Assembly (NCBI RefSeq): GCF_006345805.1
Contig: NC_043001.1
Location: forward strand, 119,846,001 to 119,910,000
Direction of reading: 5' to 3'
From: Octopus sinensis
Taxonomy: Eukaryota
DNA length: 64,000 nt
Positions 36,901 through 51,200 of this stretch are shown here, one piece after another (the first letter of the stretch is position 1; each line of letters starts with the position of its first letter). The notes beneath the pieces were generated by a model, which was not told the DNA's origin, made no database searches, and saw only the letters and a program-made list of their open reading frames with translations. A program made the position numbers and the translations under genes.

Positions 36901-39900
36901 ATAAACACCATGTCAACAGTTGATCTAGTTTTTTATAATTAGTCTTTTTACAACTGTATTTGAAGAAAACCTGCAATTGATACTAATAATACATAGTGAA
37001 TAGTAGAGTGTTACAATTGTTTCTCACCAAAAAGACTCATTAACTTCCTCTAATCATATCAATCAACAACACACTTCATTCTGAGGTTGTTTGGCATTCC
37101 ATTTCAGCATGTGTATGCGTGGGAGTGTGTGTGGGGATGTATGTATGCGTCTGTGTGTGTGTATGTGTATTTCTATATGTATGTATGTTTGTGTAGGTGT
37201 GTAGATGTAATTAAAACATGAGTTTTTGTTTTCTTCTTATGATTTTCTGTTTTCCTTCATCTGACTCTTAGTAAAATCCAATTTGTCAAAAACTAAGTCA
37301 TTTCCTCTCAATTCTTCTTCTACTGCTTTTTGCCGCAGCTGCTACCACTACCACTGCCACCACCACCATCCTCATTATCATTAAATCATCATCGAAATAG
37401 AAAGCTGATAGAAACAACACTGTCATAGAATATTTTTTCATGCTTTTTCATGCTCTCTATGTTCCAAGTTCAGATCTCACCGATCTCAAAATTGCTTGCC
37501 TTGTACCGAAATTAGAAACCATATTTAGAGTGGCATATTGGCTGAATCATTATAACATCAGAAAAAATATCCTGCAATCTTCTGGCACTTTATGTACTGA
37601 GTTCACACAGTATTGTGGTTATCTTTGCTTTTCATCTATAAAATATCAACTTGTCAAAAAATAGATTCAATATAATTAACTAATACCCTTTCCTCTAAAA
37701 ATTGCTGGTTTTCTGCCTAAATTAGAAATGATTATTATCAAGGTGGTATACTCATAGAATTGTGATAAAATTACAGTATTTGTTTAGACCTGTGGTTTTC
37801 AACCTTTTTTTTTTTTTTGCCTATAGACCCCTCTGATTCCTATTTTCTTCTGTGGTACCCTAATAAACATTTGGTGTGTATAAAAAAAATCCTATCCTAT
37901 TTTTATAATCAAATATTATAAGGAATAATATTTAAAAAATTTTAATATTTTGTGTATTGAAGAAGTATAACCAATTTATTGCACAAAAATTTTAACAAGA
38001 AAATATTATATGGACTGCCAAGGGTCATATGGACTCCTGGTTTAAACTCTTTACATTTTGAGTTCAAGTCCTATTGAGGTTGAATTTCATTTCATCCTTT
38101 ATGGATTTATGGTATCAACTAAACACGCTCTCCCAAAAATTGCTGACATAAGAGGAAAAATACTGACAAAATGAAATAAAAAAGAAATAATTTTATTAGC
38201 AAAAATAACAACATGCACTCACAAGCATTTTCCAGTGTTGCCAGTTACAAAGAAAGATGAGTAAGTTATCAGAGGGAAGAGCAGAATGGCAAAGCTGAGT
38301 AACCAAGGAGGGTGCTATTCTTCCTGACCACATTATTAAATAACAGGAAAGAAAAAGAAATCATGTATATTTGTCTTGCTAGGGACTTTGAGACTTCCTT
38401 TGAAATGAAGCAACAATTGCATGTAGCACTGGACAATATGTGGAAGAACATTTCCCCAGTTGGCTGGGGTAAAGCACACGGGTCTATAAGTATAGTTTAC
38501 AGGAATGGGGATTAAGCAGGAAACAAGACAGGTAGGTTCAATACACACCTACGAGTACACTTGTGCCACAGTATTTGGGGGAATGAAACAGCTAAGTCAG
38601 GATCAAGGATGTTGGTAATGATTCTAGGTACATTTGTGATGTAGTAGGGTGCTGAGATCATAAAGAATGACACAGTCTCATGGAGTCTCAATGATCATCT
38701 AAGTTTTTATAGGCCCTGTCTACCACAGCCATTCCAGAACTGCTTTCATTTATAAGTGCTGATGAAACTAGAAGTGCAGAGTAAGAAACTGAGTTGCTAC
38801 ACAAGTTGTGGCAAAAACCACTTGAGGGCTTTCTGCCCATAGGGACAGTAAAACAGAAAAGGAAATCAGCAGAAACAATGACACCAAGTTTCAGAAAATG
38901 CTGTTGTTTTCAGAGTCCTTGTAGTCAAAACTCTAAAATTGGCAGATCAGCCTGCTCTCAGTGCCAAGTGGCCAAAGGGCCCTCCCTAGGCCATGGCCAG
39001 TAGTGCCAGAGAGAGTGTGATGGGGAAGAAGAGTGATCAACAGCAGTAATAACAGCCAGTAGCATTTAGTCCAACACTGTAAGGGGCTGGAAAACTAATC
39101 TCTTCAGTCTCGGTAACCAAAAAGTAGAAACCTTCCCCTCTCCTACAAACAGCAGCCCCTTATCATCTTGTGACAATGGGGACATTAAGGAAGCTAGAGA
39201 TGAATGGAAAATTACCAGCAAAAACAGAAGAACATACAAGCAAAGAAAACAAGGTGAAGCTAAGCAACAAAAGAATAACATGACAAAAGTTTCAAATTCT
39301 CAGTAGTTTGATGTGCAAACCATCAGTTTCTAGACCAAGCAAATGAGATGAAGAATGTAAAATGAAATAGTAAACAAAATACTGACTGGATAGAAAGAAA
39401 TAGGACCAGAATACAGGAAACACTTGGAAGAGAGACAATTGGCAAAAAAGCTACAAAACCACAAGTAGTTTAACATATATCAAACCAGGAATACTCACTC
39501 AACACTATTCTATGCAAAAGATGCAACTTTTACCAGAAAAAGCAATGACAGGAGGACAGAAATATAATGGTTGCTTTTACCCAACCTTACTAGTAAATTT
39601 TCACATAAATGTACATTTAGAATGTACATTTTTAAATGAAATTTTGCTTCATTTATTGTTTCTTTCTTGGTAGTTTATGCAAATGATACATGTGAAAGCA
39701 AATTAAAAATGTGTAATTTCAATGTTTATATTATGACTCCCTTCTGATCCTCTGTTATATGACATTTTTGTATACACCCATATTTAGTTTAAAATATATA
39801 AACATGCATTACTTGCTTAATCCTAAAAGTCCTTACAATAATTATATAAATAAATCTGTATTTATAGATATGTAAATAAAATATTTCTTTGTATATCACC

Positions 39901-41419
39901 ACACAAATATTCTTTTGCTTATATATTCATTCTTTTTAAGTTCACATATCAATATTAATTAAAATGCTTAAAAATAATCATTTCAAATTTCTAATTTTAA
40001 GACCGTTGTAGTTTGCTTGAAGCATTGTAATATTGAAGAAGGTAAAAATAGAGACAATAGAAAGCTTCTGACAATGCAGAAAATTTAACCTGCATAAACA
40101 GACATATCCCAGACTGTTTTCCTTCTGAAGATGGGCTTTTGCACCTGAAATATAAAGGTCTTATAAAACTTTCCACTCTGTCAGAAGCTTTCTATTTTCT
40201 CTTTTTATCTCCTTCTAATTTTAATTTTCAGTTTATCCATTTTTACACATAAAAAATTTTTTCTTCTTATTTTTATACCCAAATATGGGCATAGAGAAAA
40301 ATAGATTATATATTTCAAATATTTAAAAGTATATGCTTAATGAGCTGATTGCAGGTTTTACAGCCTCCCATTTGGTGCTTTGCAATTCTGAGTTCAAATC
40401 CTATGAAGGCTGACTTATGCTGTTCATCTGTAAGTAACGTATTGGAATTAAAGGTATCAGACAGTACCCTCGTGTTCTTGCATCAGAAAAAAAAAAACAA
40501 TCATTTACATCAGTATTAATTAAAGCTCATTAGAACAGAAATAAATGATTGAATGGCTCTTGTATGGTTCCCAGAAATTCAAGTTCCAGTTACTTAAACA
40601 AAAGAATTATTAGTACATTGTATTTATAAGAGCCTCCACTAGTCAAGGCTGACCATATATCTCCAAATGTGTGTATAGGCAAGGGAATGATTTTTTTTTG
40701 TGGAAGATTAGCAGTTGCTCAAGCATGCAAATCTCCTTTCTCCACACAAAAGATGTTTATCTAAGAGAAAGACTGCTGACTTGAGCTAATGCAGCTTAGC
40801 ACCAGTATCGTCACAGGTATTACTATCAGTTTCTGAACTGCATGCACATACAGAGGCTGGCATTCACCACCTCTGAAAGGATGAGCAACATAAGTGCCCA
40901 CTGACATAAAATGAAAACCATATCATGCAGTCTAGTTGGTGTGACAGCAGCTTGGAGTAACACAAGATTACAATAGAGCAGCAGTTTCAACATGGAACCA
41001 TATTTCAAACAAGATGCAAATTACTCTGCCAGGCTTGGCTGATGCTCAGTCATCAAGGCCAAATTTTCAGAAGTTTCAAATTGCAAGCTAATTTGAGTCA
41101 TTCTACAACTTTAACTTGAACTGCAACATCACACTTTTATTGGGACAGCAGTAACAGCAACATTCACAATCAATGATTCAGCTAAAATGTATAAATGTTG
41201 AAAGGAATTTTTTTTTTTTTTAAATGTAGGGAAAATATATAAGAAATGTTACTAAATAGGGATTTGCATCATTCCATCCATACAAGCTTATAATCAATGA
41301 TTCATCAATAGTAGATAAAACAGGAAATTGCTAAAAAGTCACATGGACTATCCATTAAATACACACACACACACACACATGTGGGTGTGTGTTTATTATT
41401 ATGTGCACTTATTAATGAA

Positions 41420-41737
41420 TTATTTTATTTTATTTATGCGCCCTTTTCAAACCTAGCCAGGCTCATGGGCCCGGTTTCCCAGTTTCTGTGGCATATGTGT
41501 TCCTCCGAGCTGGACGGGACACCAGTCCATCACTGCATTACTCAAGAAACAGGAAGAAAGAGTGAAAGAAAGTTGGGGTGAAAGAGTACAACAGGGGTCA
41601 CCACCACCACCTCCCGGAGCTTCGGGGAGCTTTAGGTGTTTTTGCTCAGTAAACACACACAACGCCCGGTCTGGGAATCGAAACCGCGATACTCTGACCG
41701 CGAGTCCACGCCCTAACCACTGGGCCATTGCACATCC
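41420..41737 (-). mobile_element. Young tRNA-derived SINE with V-SINE-like central domain
   Basis: Box A tggcccagtggttagg, box B ggtttcgattcc, central gcagtgatggactggtgtcccgtccag, (AAAAT)n tail; CpGs retained. Confidence 0.8.
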
Positions 41738-42058
41738 ACATTAATGAATTATATATATGTGTGTGTGTGTGTGTGTATAGTTTTTTTCTGGGGGAAACTT
41801 CAGTTGCAAGACAAACTCTCAGCTTTAGTTTAGAAAAAAAATCCTTTACATGTATTGAGTACTCCTCTCTCATTTGTTCAATATAAAGCAACGGATTGAT
41901 GGATGGACTGACAGGCAAAAATATAGATAATTATCCAAAGAGAGGCACCTTGGCCAAGTATCTTTTATTGTAGTCACAGGTCAATCAATATCTTCTGAGT
42001 GAATTTGGTGGACAAAAATTGCATGAAGTGCATTATGCAAGCATGACACATGTGTGTA

Positions 42059-42089
<31 letters not shown>

Positions 42090-43279
42090 TATGTGTACAC
42101 ACATGCATGAATGTTTACATACTGCCTGCTTTGCATGAAAAAGGTAAGAATTAGTGGTAGAAAGGGCATTTGACTGTAAAACAATGCCTCAATAATATCT
42201 ATCTAACCCATGCTAGCATAGAAAATGGTTGAAAAATAAATGATGTGCACACACACACACACACACAAATAGATTTCACTCCATTCACCTGTTTTCTATC
42301 CACAGCATGCTGTTGCCAAGTCAGCTATATTGATTGCAGGCCTACCTGCAAGGTGGATGGGGTTTTTCCATGACTGGGTGATTAACTCTGGTTTTTGGCA
42401 CCTAAATGGAATTTTAACTTAGAATGTAGAGAGATGGAGCAGACACCATACAAAATCTCATTCAATACTCTAACAATTGCAGAAAACCTACTGTCCCAGA
42501 CTGGTACTTTATCAAGCTCAAAGGGATTACTGGTGAAATTGAACCCAGTGGGATCTGAATTCGGAATACAGAGAGCTGGAATATTGGAAGACATTCTATC
42601 CATTTTCTTTTCTATCTACCATTCTAATGACTGCAAATTACACACTCACATACATACGGTAAGAAACTCACTTCCAAATCACTTGGTCTTGAGTTCAAAC
42701 CCACAGAATGAATACCATCAGATCCATACAAGCATAGAAAAGTAGATGTTAAATGATAATTTTGTGTATATATGGTTCTGGATTCACTGCCATCCAGTGC
42801 ACCTCCAGTGCACAATGGGCATGATTCATAAGTTAATACACAAATCATGGTTTTCTCTTCCTTTATCTCCACCATTCTCAGAGGCTCAACAAAAGGGCCA
42901 TGAGCACTGTCATTCCTTCTTAGACTAACCTATTAAAAAAATTTACTATCTTTAATTTCATGTTGTTTAGAAGATGATAAACTTCCAAATAAGACACTGA
43001 TATGCAAAGGATGATATACAAAGACATCTATTCCCAATAGCTTAGACAGTAATCTGTCATAAGTAATAGACCTAAGATTATCTGCTAACTATTCTCACCA
43101 AGTGAGAATTTAGTCCATCACTAGTAACACATCCAGATTATATGCTGCCTATTCTCAATAGCTAAGTGAACAGAAGAAATATAGAACTAAACACACATCT
43201 GCTGCAAGAACATTAGAAATGAGTCACTATAAAGGCATCAAACTCAAGGGCCAACTCACAAAAGCAACAGAGAAAGAGG

Positions 43280-44300
43280 GTTATAATGCAGCTTATCAGG
43301 TAAAAAATTACATTGAGGAGATGCAGTGTGAGTTTGCACCAGGATGATGTATCATCAATGCCCTCTTTTTAGTGAGACGGCTACAAAACTTCTTAGTCAA
43401 GAGCACTGTACCTAACACCCACTGCCCTGAGAAAAGTTTGACAGAATATCATGTAGGCAGGTAGTTTCTCACAAAACTGGGTGTAGATGAATGGCTTATG
43501 AGAGCATTGCAAGTTTTGTAAAGGAGGTACTGAGAGACTTAGCAAAGAGTTTGGTGAGAAATTTAACATGAACATAGCTGTCTATCAGCACTTGGTTCCC
43601 AGTTATCTCATAGCATACTCACAGTATGGTTCTTATAGCTGAATCAGTCAAAGAATCAAAGGTAAAATTCCAAACATAGAATCAGAGCTCGGAATCAAGG
43701 GGCCTAAAAGACAATCTAACAAAGACACACAGAACTTTACTGTGATCTTAAGAAGTGACTAGTTTCAATATACAAAAAAAGAGTAGGTAGAAACCTTCTA
43801 CTGATTACCTAGCATAAATTAATGTGTGATCTTAAGCAAGTTGACAGAGGAGGACTCTGTATGTGATAGACATGTAAGAGTATGTAGCAGTAAGAGCAAC
43901 CATGAAATGCTATTTTTTAACTACCAAAAGGATGTCTAAAGGTACATGACAGCTTCTGTTATCTAATCTAAAACCATAGTAAATAGAGATAGGATGGGGT
44001 GAAAAAGTTCAAGGAAATATCAATTCAGCTGGCAATAAAGGGTCTCTTTTTTGGAGTTGAATGGTAGAGTGTATGATGTTGTGTGCAAAGTGCAATGTTG
44101 TATAGTAGTGAGACATGAGTACTGAGTGTGGAGGATGTACGAAGGCTGAAAAGAAAAGAGAATTCTTGACTAGATGTATAATGTTAGCATGTATGAATAA
44201 TGGAGCAGAGATAAGCTGAGAAAGAAAATGAGAATCAGAGGAATCAGTTTGAGTGGTGCAGATCTTGCCTACAGATCTGTATCAGTACATGCTAAAACAC
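43280..44300 (+). mobile_element. Old RTE-like LINE remnant
   Basis: Decayed similarity to the 6420-6620 and 7300-7450 parts of the RTE copy (gagatgcagtgtgagtttgcacc..., gagaaaagtttgacaga). Confidence 0.55.
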
Positions 44301-44616
44301 AACATGTTGTATATGAAAGATGAAAAAGAGCCAAAAGGCAAAATGGGAAGGTGCTTTCAGTAGAGTAAGTCTGACGAAGACATATAAAGATCACACATAA
44401 AGGTTTACTTGTTAGTCTTTTGTTAGATTCCATGTTTATGCAGTGAAACACTGATTGTAAATACTTAAGGGCAATTTGCTTTTAACACAGGAACCTGATC
44501 TGGCAAAGACCTACCAATCTGAGGTAACTCATTAATGGATTGTCTTTTCTTTACCTGACTGTATTATTATAAGAGTGCCAAGGATGGTGGTATAGATGTT
44601 TACTGCTTGAAGGAAT

Positions 44617-44980
44617 TCTTATACTTGTTTCAGTCATTTGACTGTGGCCATGCTGGAGCACCACCTTAAAGGGTTTTAGTCAAACAAATCTACTCCAGGA
44701 CTTATTTTTAAAGCTGAATACTTATTCTATCGGTCTTTTTTTTTTACCAACCTGCTACATTATGGAGATGTAAACACAACAACACCAGTTGTCAAGCAGT
44801 GCTGGGGGAACTAACACAAAGACATACAACAGGCTTCTTTCAGTTTCTGTCTACCAAATCAACTCAAATGCTCAAAGGCTATAGGAGAAAACACTTGCCC
44901 AAGGTGCTGCGCAGTGGAATTGAACCCGGGACCATGTGGTTGGGAAGCAAGCTTCTTACCACACAGCCATGCCTGCACCT
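44617..44980 (-). mobile_element. tRNA-derived SINE, same family as 20703-21072
   Basis: Reverse complement aligns end to end with the 20.7-kb copy. Confidence 0.85.
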
Positions 44981-45649
44981 ATGATATTACTATGTATTAT
45001 TAATATCTGGAATTTTGATACATTCTTTCCTTTGGGGGGGGGGGGTCCTTCTTTAATGTTCATCCTTAATGCCTTACTTTCTGTATTTAGTTGTCCTAAC
45101 ATAGTCTGAAGTATGACCCGGATCTTCTGACACAAGTTCTATGACATTTCGGGGAATCAAAAGAGTTATTCAGTTGAGTTAAATCACTTATACACAAATT
45201 AATTAGTGCACTTTGTATGTATTGTAAACAATACACACAAACAACATTGTTAAAATATCAAAGTTCCAGTGAGAAACTGTAAACATACAAGAGATGTGCA
45301 TTCAATTTCAAGAAGTTGATAATTGTTTTTGACAAATATAAATAAATATTGGGTATATATATATCTTCTCTAAGAGACATATATTAAAAGAAGGCACACC
45401 AATATCTAGTGCACTTATTACACTATTACAGTCAAGCAATGAATTCCATTCTTCTATATTCCTTCATATGTAACCCGATGATTACCCCTACCTTCCCTTA
45501 TCCTCTGACGATAGCTTTTTGGGTTTTGCTGAAAGCTTAGCTTATCCTATCTGAAACACTCAGCTTCTGAACAAACCGTTTCCCCACTGGAATAGGTTGT
45601 TAGAAAGTGCAAGCGACACATAAAAATCGGTTAAAAGGCTTTCCCAGAC

Positions 45650-45684
45650 CTGCATTAATGAACAGCTGTAGTCCATTCATGGTA
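45650..45684 (-). CDS. Candidate alternative first coding exon of twinfilin (MNGLQLFINA-A)
   Basis: Poly-T tract then ATAG acceptor; TACC-ATG (Kozak-like ACCATG); 31 coding nt ending in phase 1; CAG|GTCTGG donor. In frame with exon 2. No expression evidence. Confidence 0.4.
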
Positions 45685-48588
45685 CTATAAAAAAAAAAGA
45701 CTGCTGACCAAACATTTTGATTCCGATTTAGTAAAGGGCGGATATAAAATCATTATAAAATCAGGCCCGACACAAACTACACCACTGGTTGCCCACTTGA
45801 TATAAATAACAGCCAAATCTTCATCAAACACCAGCACAGTTTGAAAGTATGGTCCGCAAACACACAACTCTGTCTAACTAATATACCAGAATACTTTGAA
45901 CTTCAGTTTGCACAATTAGGGTTGGGATGATTAACAACATGAATTACAAAACATTTCTATGAAACTTTAGTTCTACAGGGTTTTCATTTGTTTAAGCAAA
46001 TTTTAATTCAGAACTGGGTTAATCAAGACTTCTTACTAAATAATAAAAACTCGATTCACACGATACAAGTGAAAAAAACAAAACATTTAAACAACTTTTA
46101 TAAGTGTCAATCACAAAATTTACAACGCCCCAGTTAAAAATAGTTTGAAGTAGATGACACTTCCCTATCATATTCCTATAGTTGACGACAAGCTCTTTCA
46201 ATATATATATCTATATATGGATATATATATATACTACTACTACTACTATTCCATATAGAAGCAACAGAAAAAAAAAGGACAAAGGAATATAAATTAATGT
46301 CTCTGTACGTGTGGGAGTGTTTAAGCGTGTGTAGAGCAGCATTTTGAAAAGAGATATCTACAACATAACACAGATAAACAGGTGTAAACAAGATCGGATA
46401 AAAAAAAACCGAATCCTAAGAGATTGGCAGCGGTTTACGTAAATGTTATCAGGTCTGTAGGTCGTCAGTAAAACTCGGCAACTGATTATGCGTTTTTTAT
46501 TGCAATTAACATTAGGAAATAACTAGAATTATTTAATAAGCTTAATCCTATTTCCTAATTTATGCCATCCTCACTAAAATTCTGTTACAAATGATATATT
46601 CCGGCCTATTTTGATAACAGCAATAAAGAAATGACCAAACACACACTCCTTTAATACAATCTCAAACAAAAGTTTCCTTGTGTTATTTCTAGTCCCCGCC
46701 CCCCCCCCCCATTTCCGAAATAGTTTCACAGAGAAGTTATTTATCACCGATCGGAATGTGGCATAATTTAATTTCGTTTCATTCAGCTTTGAATTCAAAT
46801 TTCGCCAAAATTTCAGGGTTGGCAAAAATGCATAAAAATAAAAATGAACATATATATATACCCTTGACGAAGCTCAGGAGGAGACTATGGAACCACTGTC
46901 TAATTCTTTTACCCAATAAGATGCCAATCTATAACAACTAACCGTGAATTGCTTGAAAACTACGTTCATACTAGACAGGCAAATTGAGGCAAGTAGAATA
47001 AAGTGCCATGTTCAGAGAGAAAAAGGGAATATCCAAAGTGGTTTTGAACTTATGAATCATGATCTGGTAGTCCACGGCACGCCCATTTGGTTATTTCATG
47101 TTTTTGAGAATATTAACCATTAAGATATCATCTATTCAAAAGATGTCATTTATGAGATGGTAGGGATCATAGGACTATAATTAGAAATGAGTCGAACCGA
47201 TTCTGAACACGGTTTTGAGCCATAAGTGAATCCGTTTTGCTTCACATAAATGACAAATGACAGGGAAAGGTAAGTGTGAAGTTCACACAAGTTGACACAA
47301 CACTCCGAAAGTGACATGTTCTATGTCAACGGTTAGAAAACATATGAAAAACACACAGGTGACGTTCATAGCTGACCAATAACTATCACACAATCATATG
47401 TTAACACATATAAATATAAAATTCGTTGTTAGGTAAAGAGGTGGGGATCAATAATTCGTTCATTAAATTTATAGCAAGCGATATGTTTAAAACATAAAAT
47501 GATAAAGTAATTACTGTTTAGCCCGAGGTCAGCCTTGATCAAGTAGACCTGTGATCAGGAAGTTCCGACCATTATCAACCACCCATTCATTCAGACAATG
47601 CCTATAGGATTATATTATCCAATTTTTAAAAGATGGTATGGTGTGATTTGAGGATGTTTTGCCTGCTATTTCTAGCAACTGGAGCGACTGCTTCTAGTAA
47701 AGCTAATCTAAATTTGTTTATCATATATACTAATAAAACTTTATATCTAAATGCCTCGAAACCCGTGTGTGTGTGTATTTATATATATATGATCACATAT
47801 GGTTTCTATGTGTGTGCGTGTATGTAAATATATTTATACATGTATATATATTATACGATGTCTAAAAGTCTCTTCATTCCGCACTAAATTGTTTTTGGGG
47901 ACGTTATTAAAGATTCGAACCTAAAACATTCCTAATAAATATTTAAATTACATATTTATTTACATGCTTGGATTGTCGACAAGCATCGACGCCTCTGCGG
48001 TAATTCGACCCACAAAGACTAGCAACAAAATATCACTCGAGCCATACCCTAACGTCTTAATGATGTGTCGGCGGACACTTGTATTTTCTTATGTACAAAA
48101 TTTAGGGATAGGCATAGCTGGAACGCCTTTGATCATAGTCATGTTCAATCAGAAACAACTAAATCTAATTTAATAAAAATTAATAAATTTAATAAAAAAT
48201 TAGCTACGTGGTAGCTTGAGAAGGAAATATCTGAAGTTTTGATCGGAGCCTTTCACTGCTATCTACACATCTACATGTTTCTGGAGTTACAAAAAGTGAG
48301 ACCCCCAGACTGTAGGCGTTATCTATAAGTACACACGGCTGGCAAAGTAGACGATTCTGTGAGAAAGAGTATCAGTCAAACAGGATGTATGAATAAAAAG
48401 AGAAAGTATCACATGCTTGGTTTGGTAAGAAACGGGATGCAAATTAGCTGAGTTAAATAGTGATACACATCTGTAGTCGACTAGCCAGGCAGTTCGGATC
48501 ACGCAATCGTGAACAAAAGGCGTTCCAGTCGTGACCATCCAGTCAGTTTGGATACAAAAGACTACACTGTCCAACTTCTCTTTCCTTT

Positions 48589-48677
<89 letters not shown>

Positions 48678-49006
48678 CATGAGATTTGGTGGTTACATGA
48701 AGCAGGATAAGCGGTAGTGATTTCCTTAGATAAATATAAGGGTGCACTGAAGCACTTCGGTGGGCGTAAACAACATGAAATAAATGTAATACGTGAAATC
48801 GGTAGTTTTTGTTAATAAACATTACAGTAAATCAAGAATATAAATAAAGACATGTAAATGAAAATGGTTCTGTAACTTATTTTCTACGGTAAAATCCGAA
48901 AATATATCCATGCAGCTTGTTTTAAAAAGGGAAAGAAAGAAAACAAGTGTCGGTCCAGGTAGACAGAAACAGAGGAACGATCGGTAGAAATAAAGAAAAT
49001 ACTAAC

Positions 49007-49031
49007 CTGATATTCCAGTTTGATGTGACAT
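49007..49031 (-). CDS. TWF: Twinfilin coding exon 1 (MSHQTGIS-A)
   Basis: Reverse complement reads ATG TCA CAT CAA ACT GGA ATA TCA G|GTTAGT, the conserved twinfilin N-terminus MSHQTGI. Phase-1 GT donor joins exon 2 in frame. Confidence 0.93.
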
Positions 49032-49035
49032 TTTG

Positions 49036-49359
49036 CTTTAAGTTATGGTGAATAGAGAAAGAAAAAACTAAACTAAGGCCAACAATTGAAATTTAGAATG
49101 TTTTCGCGCTAATCTAAGAATGTTTCATCTGATTTGTAGAGACAACTAACTCCAAAACACCGTCTGTGGAGGGGGACAAGTGCACGTTTACACTAAATGG
49201 CTCTGAATTAGAAGAAGGGAAGGAGGTAGAAATTGGCGCTGTTTTAGAGTTATTTCCCCTTCATTTTGACTTTCACCTTCTGAGGTCACTGCTGTAACAC
49301 GAGCTGCTAATTAGCTTCTTTTAATCTGGTCTTCTCGAGTCCCGACGAGCAAGACTTAC
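49036..49359 (-). other. Probable 5'UTR intron of twinfilin
   Basis: Strong donor GGAA|GTAAGT at 49359; pyrimidine-rich tract and TAAAG| acceptor 4 nt before the ATG. Confidence 0.45.
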
Positions 49360-50449
49360 TTCCAAAGCATCTTGCTACTTGTTATGCGAGTTATTTTTAG
49401 TTTGTGTCTCATGTTTCACCTAATCAAAAGATACAGATGAAATATTTTCTTTCACTTGCAGCTGAAAGAATCTATTTTCTGATTAACTAATTGTGAGCAG
49501 GCAGCTGAAACGATAGGGTACATGACAACCCAACGGAAAGCTGTTTTTCTTTGAAAAGGCTCAATAGAAAATCTGCTGTGAACCCTTAAGGCGACTTCTT
49601 TCTCAAGTGATCCCATGATCAACAAAGCTAAGCGCAAATGTCATCTTTTGGACCGAGAAAGGGCCTAGGCTTCCCAGTTTGAACTGGAGCACCTGAAGTA
49701 ATTTTTGCCAATGAAAAAGTAGGAGTTTTCAGTTTCTACCCTTTCTGATCTAAGTTCAGATCCCTCTAGGGTCGATAAAATTTGATATCAGTAAAGTATA
49801 AGGGCTGTTTATATTCTTATAATGCATTCTAGGTGTGAATGGATTTGTGACATCACTTCTTGTTATTTTTGCCAGCCCTTGATATATTGATGTATGATAC
49901 TATTTTTATTTTTCAGACTTACGTTAAAAAAATAAACATGTCATTAAAGAAAATATAACTCGTTGTTGAAAAGTATGTCAAAATTTAGTAGGAGGTATTA
50001 AAATATATTTTAACAACACCAGTGAAAATAAATGATTTAATCTTGTAAAAGTCTTCTTACAACACTTGCTGTTTTAGTTGTTTTAGTTGTAGATTCTGAC
50101 AAAATACGTTGAAGTTAATTCTGCTATTATTATGACTATAAATTATAATATACTAGTTATAATTAGATTGCTACTACATAACTCCTGGGATTAAATCTTA
50201 CAAAGATACTGAGAACATTTAACTAAGCTTCTGCTGATATTGGCGCGTTAACTAAAGTTTACGTTAAGTTGTTTTCTTTTCCAGCATCTGTTCTGCTAGC
50301 ATAGCTAGAAAGATATTTGGAAATGATCCAAATATACTGTTTGTAAACACGCTATAATGGATATTCAGGAGAGCTTGCTTGTTGCTCTCTAAATCCATTT
50401 CCTCAAACGAATTGCTGGCGGTTGCTATGCATTGTTAAAGGTGCTGGGT

Positions 50450-51200
50450 TTGCAGAGATCGCATTATATATATATTTTTCTCTTTTTACATTCTGAATTT
50501 AAATTCCATCGACAAAATGAGTAATCTGGAGTCCAACCTACACACCTCACACCAAACATGCACTAACTTATTAAATAGAGACTTCAACAATACTTTCCAG
50601 TGGAGCCATGTCAATCTTGGCTTCTTTAACAGCGCAAATACACAATCGCTACACGTATTGCGTAAACAATATCATACCCCCATGCACATGAACAACATTA
50701 TAAAGCTCGCACAAATGTTAGGTCTACTACAAAGGATCTCGTGGTATATCACAGTCTCAGACTGAATCACAAAACTGACTCTCCTCTTCGTGGCCAGTAA
50801 ATCCTTTTGCTCTTAGTGCATACTAACACTCTATAAAACTCAAACTCGATCCTGTAATGGAACACTGTCTACGTATGGGACAGTGTTAATACTCTGTATA
50901 GAGAGATATTGTTGGCTACATCAAAACAGCACCGTCACCTCTGATTCATTGTTATGTGGTTGCTCACCGACACATTCCAACCTCTGATTCACAGATGTGC
51001 AGTATTTTCGCTTTATCACATCTGCTGCTGTTTATGAAATAGTTTTTTTTTCATCTCCGAGCCGTCTGGTTTTGTATCACCTCTACACAGGTCCAAACGA
51101 CCCACTTTCTTCCCTACTCTTCACCTTTATTTTGATATTGCTCTAACCACTGTATCAAGTCTTTCCTGCTCAGAACGCGGTTGATGTTCTTGAACAACCG
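50450..51200 (+). mobile_element. Old L2/CR1/Jockey-type LINE remnant (3' part of ORF2)
   Basis: Frameshifted LYKTQTR.VMEHC...W near 50830-50880 resembles the LYKxxIRPxxEYxxxVW motif. Confidence 0.5.
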
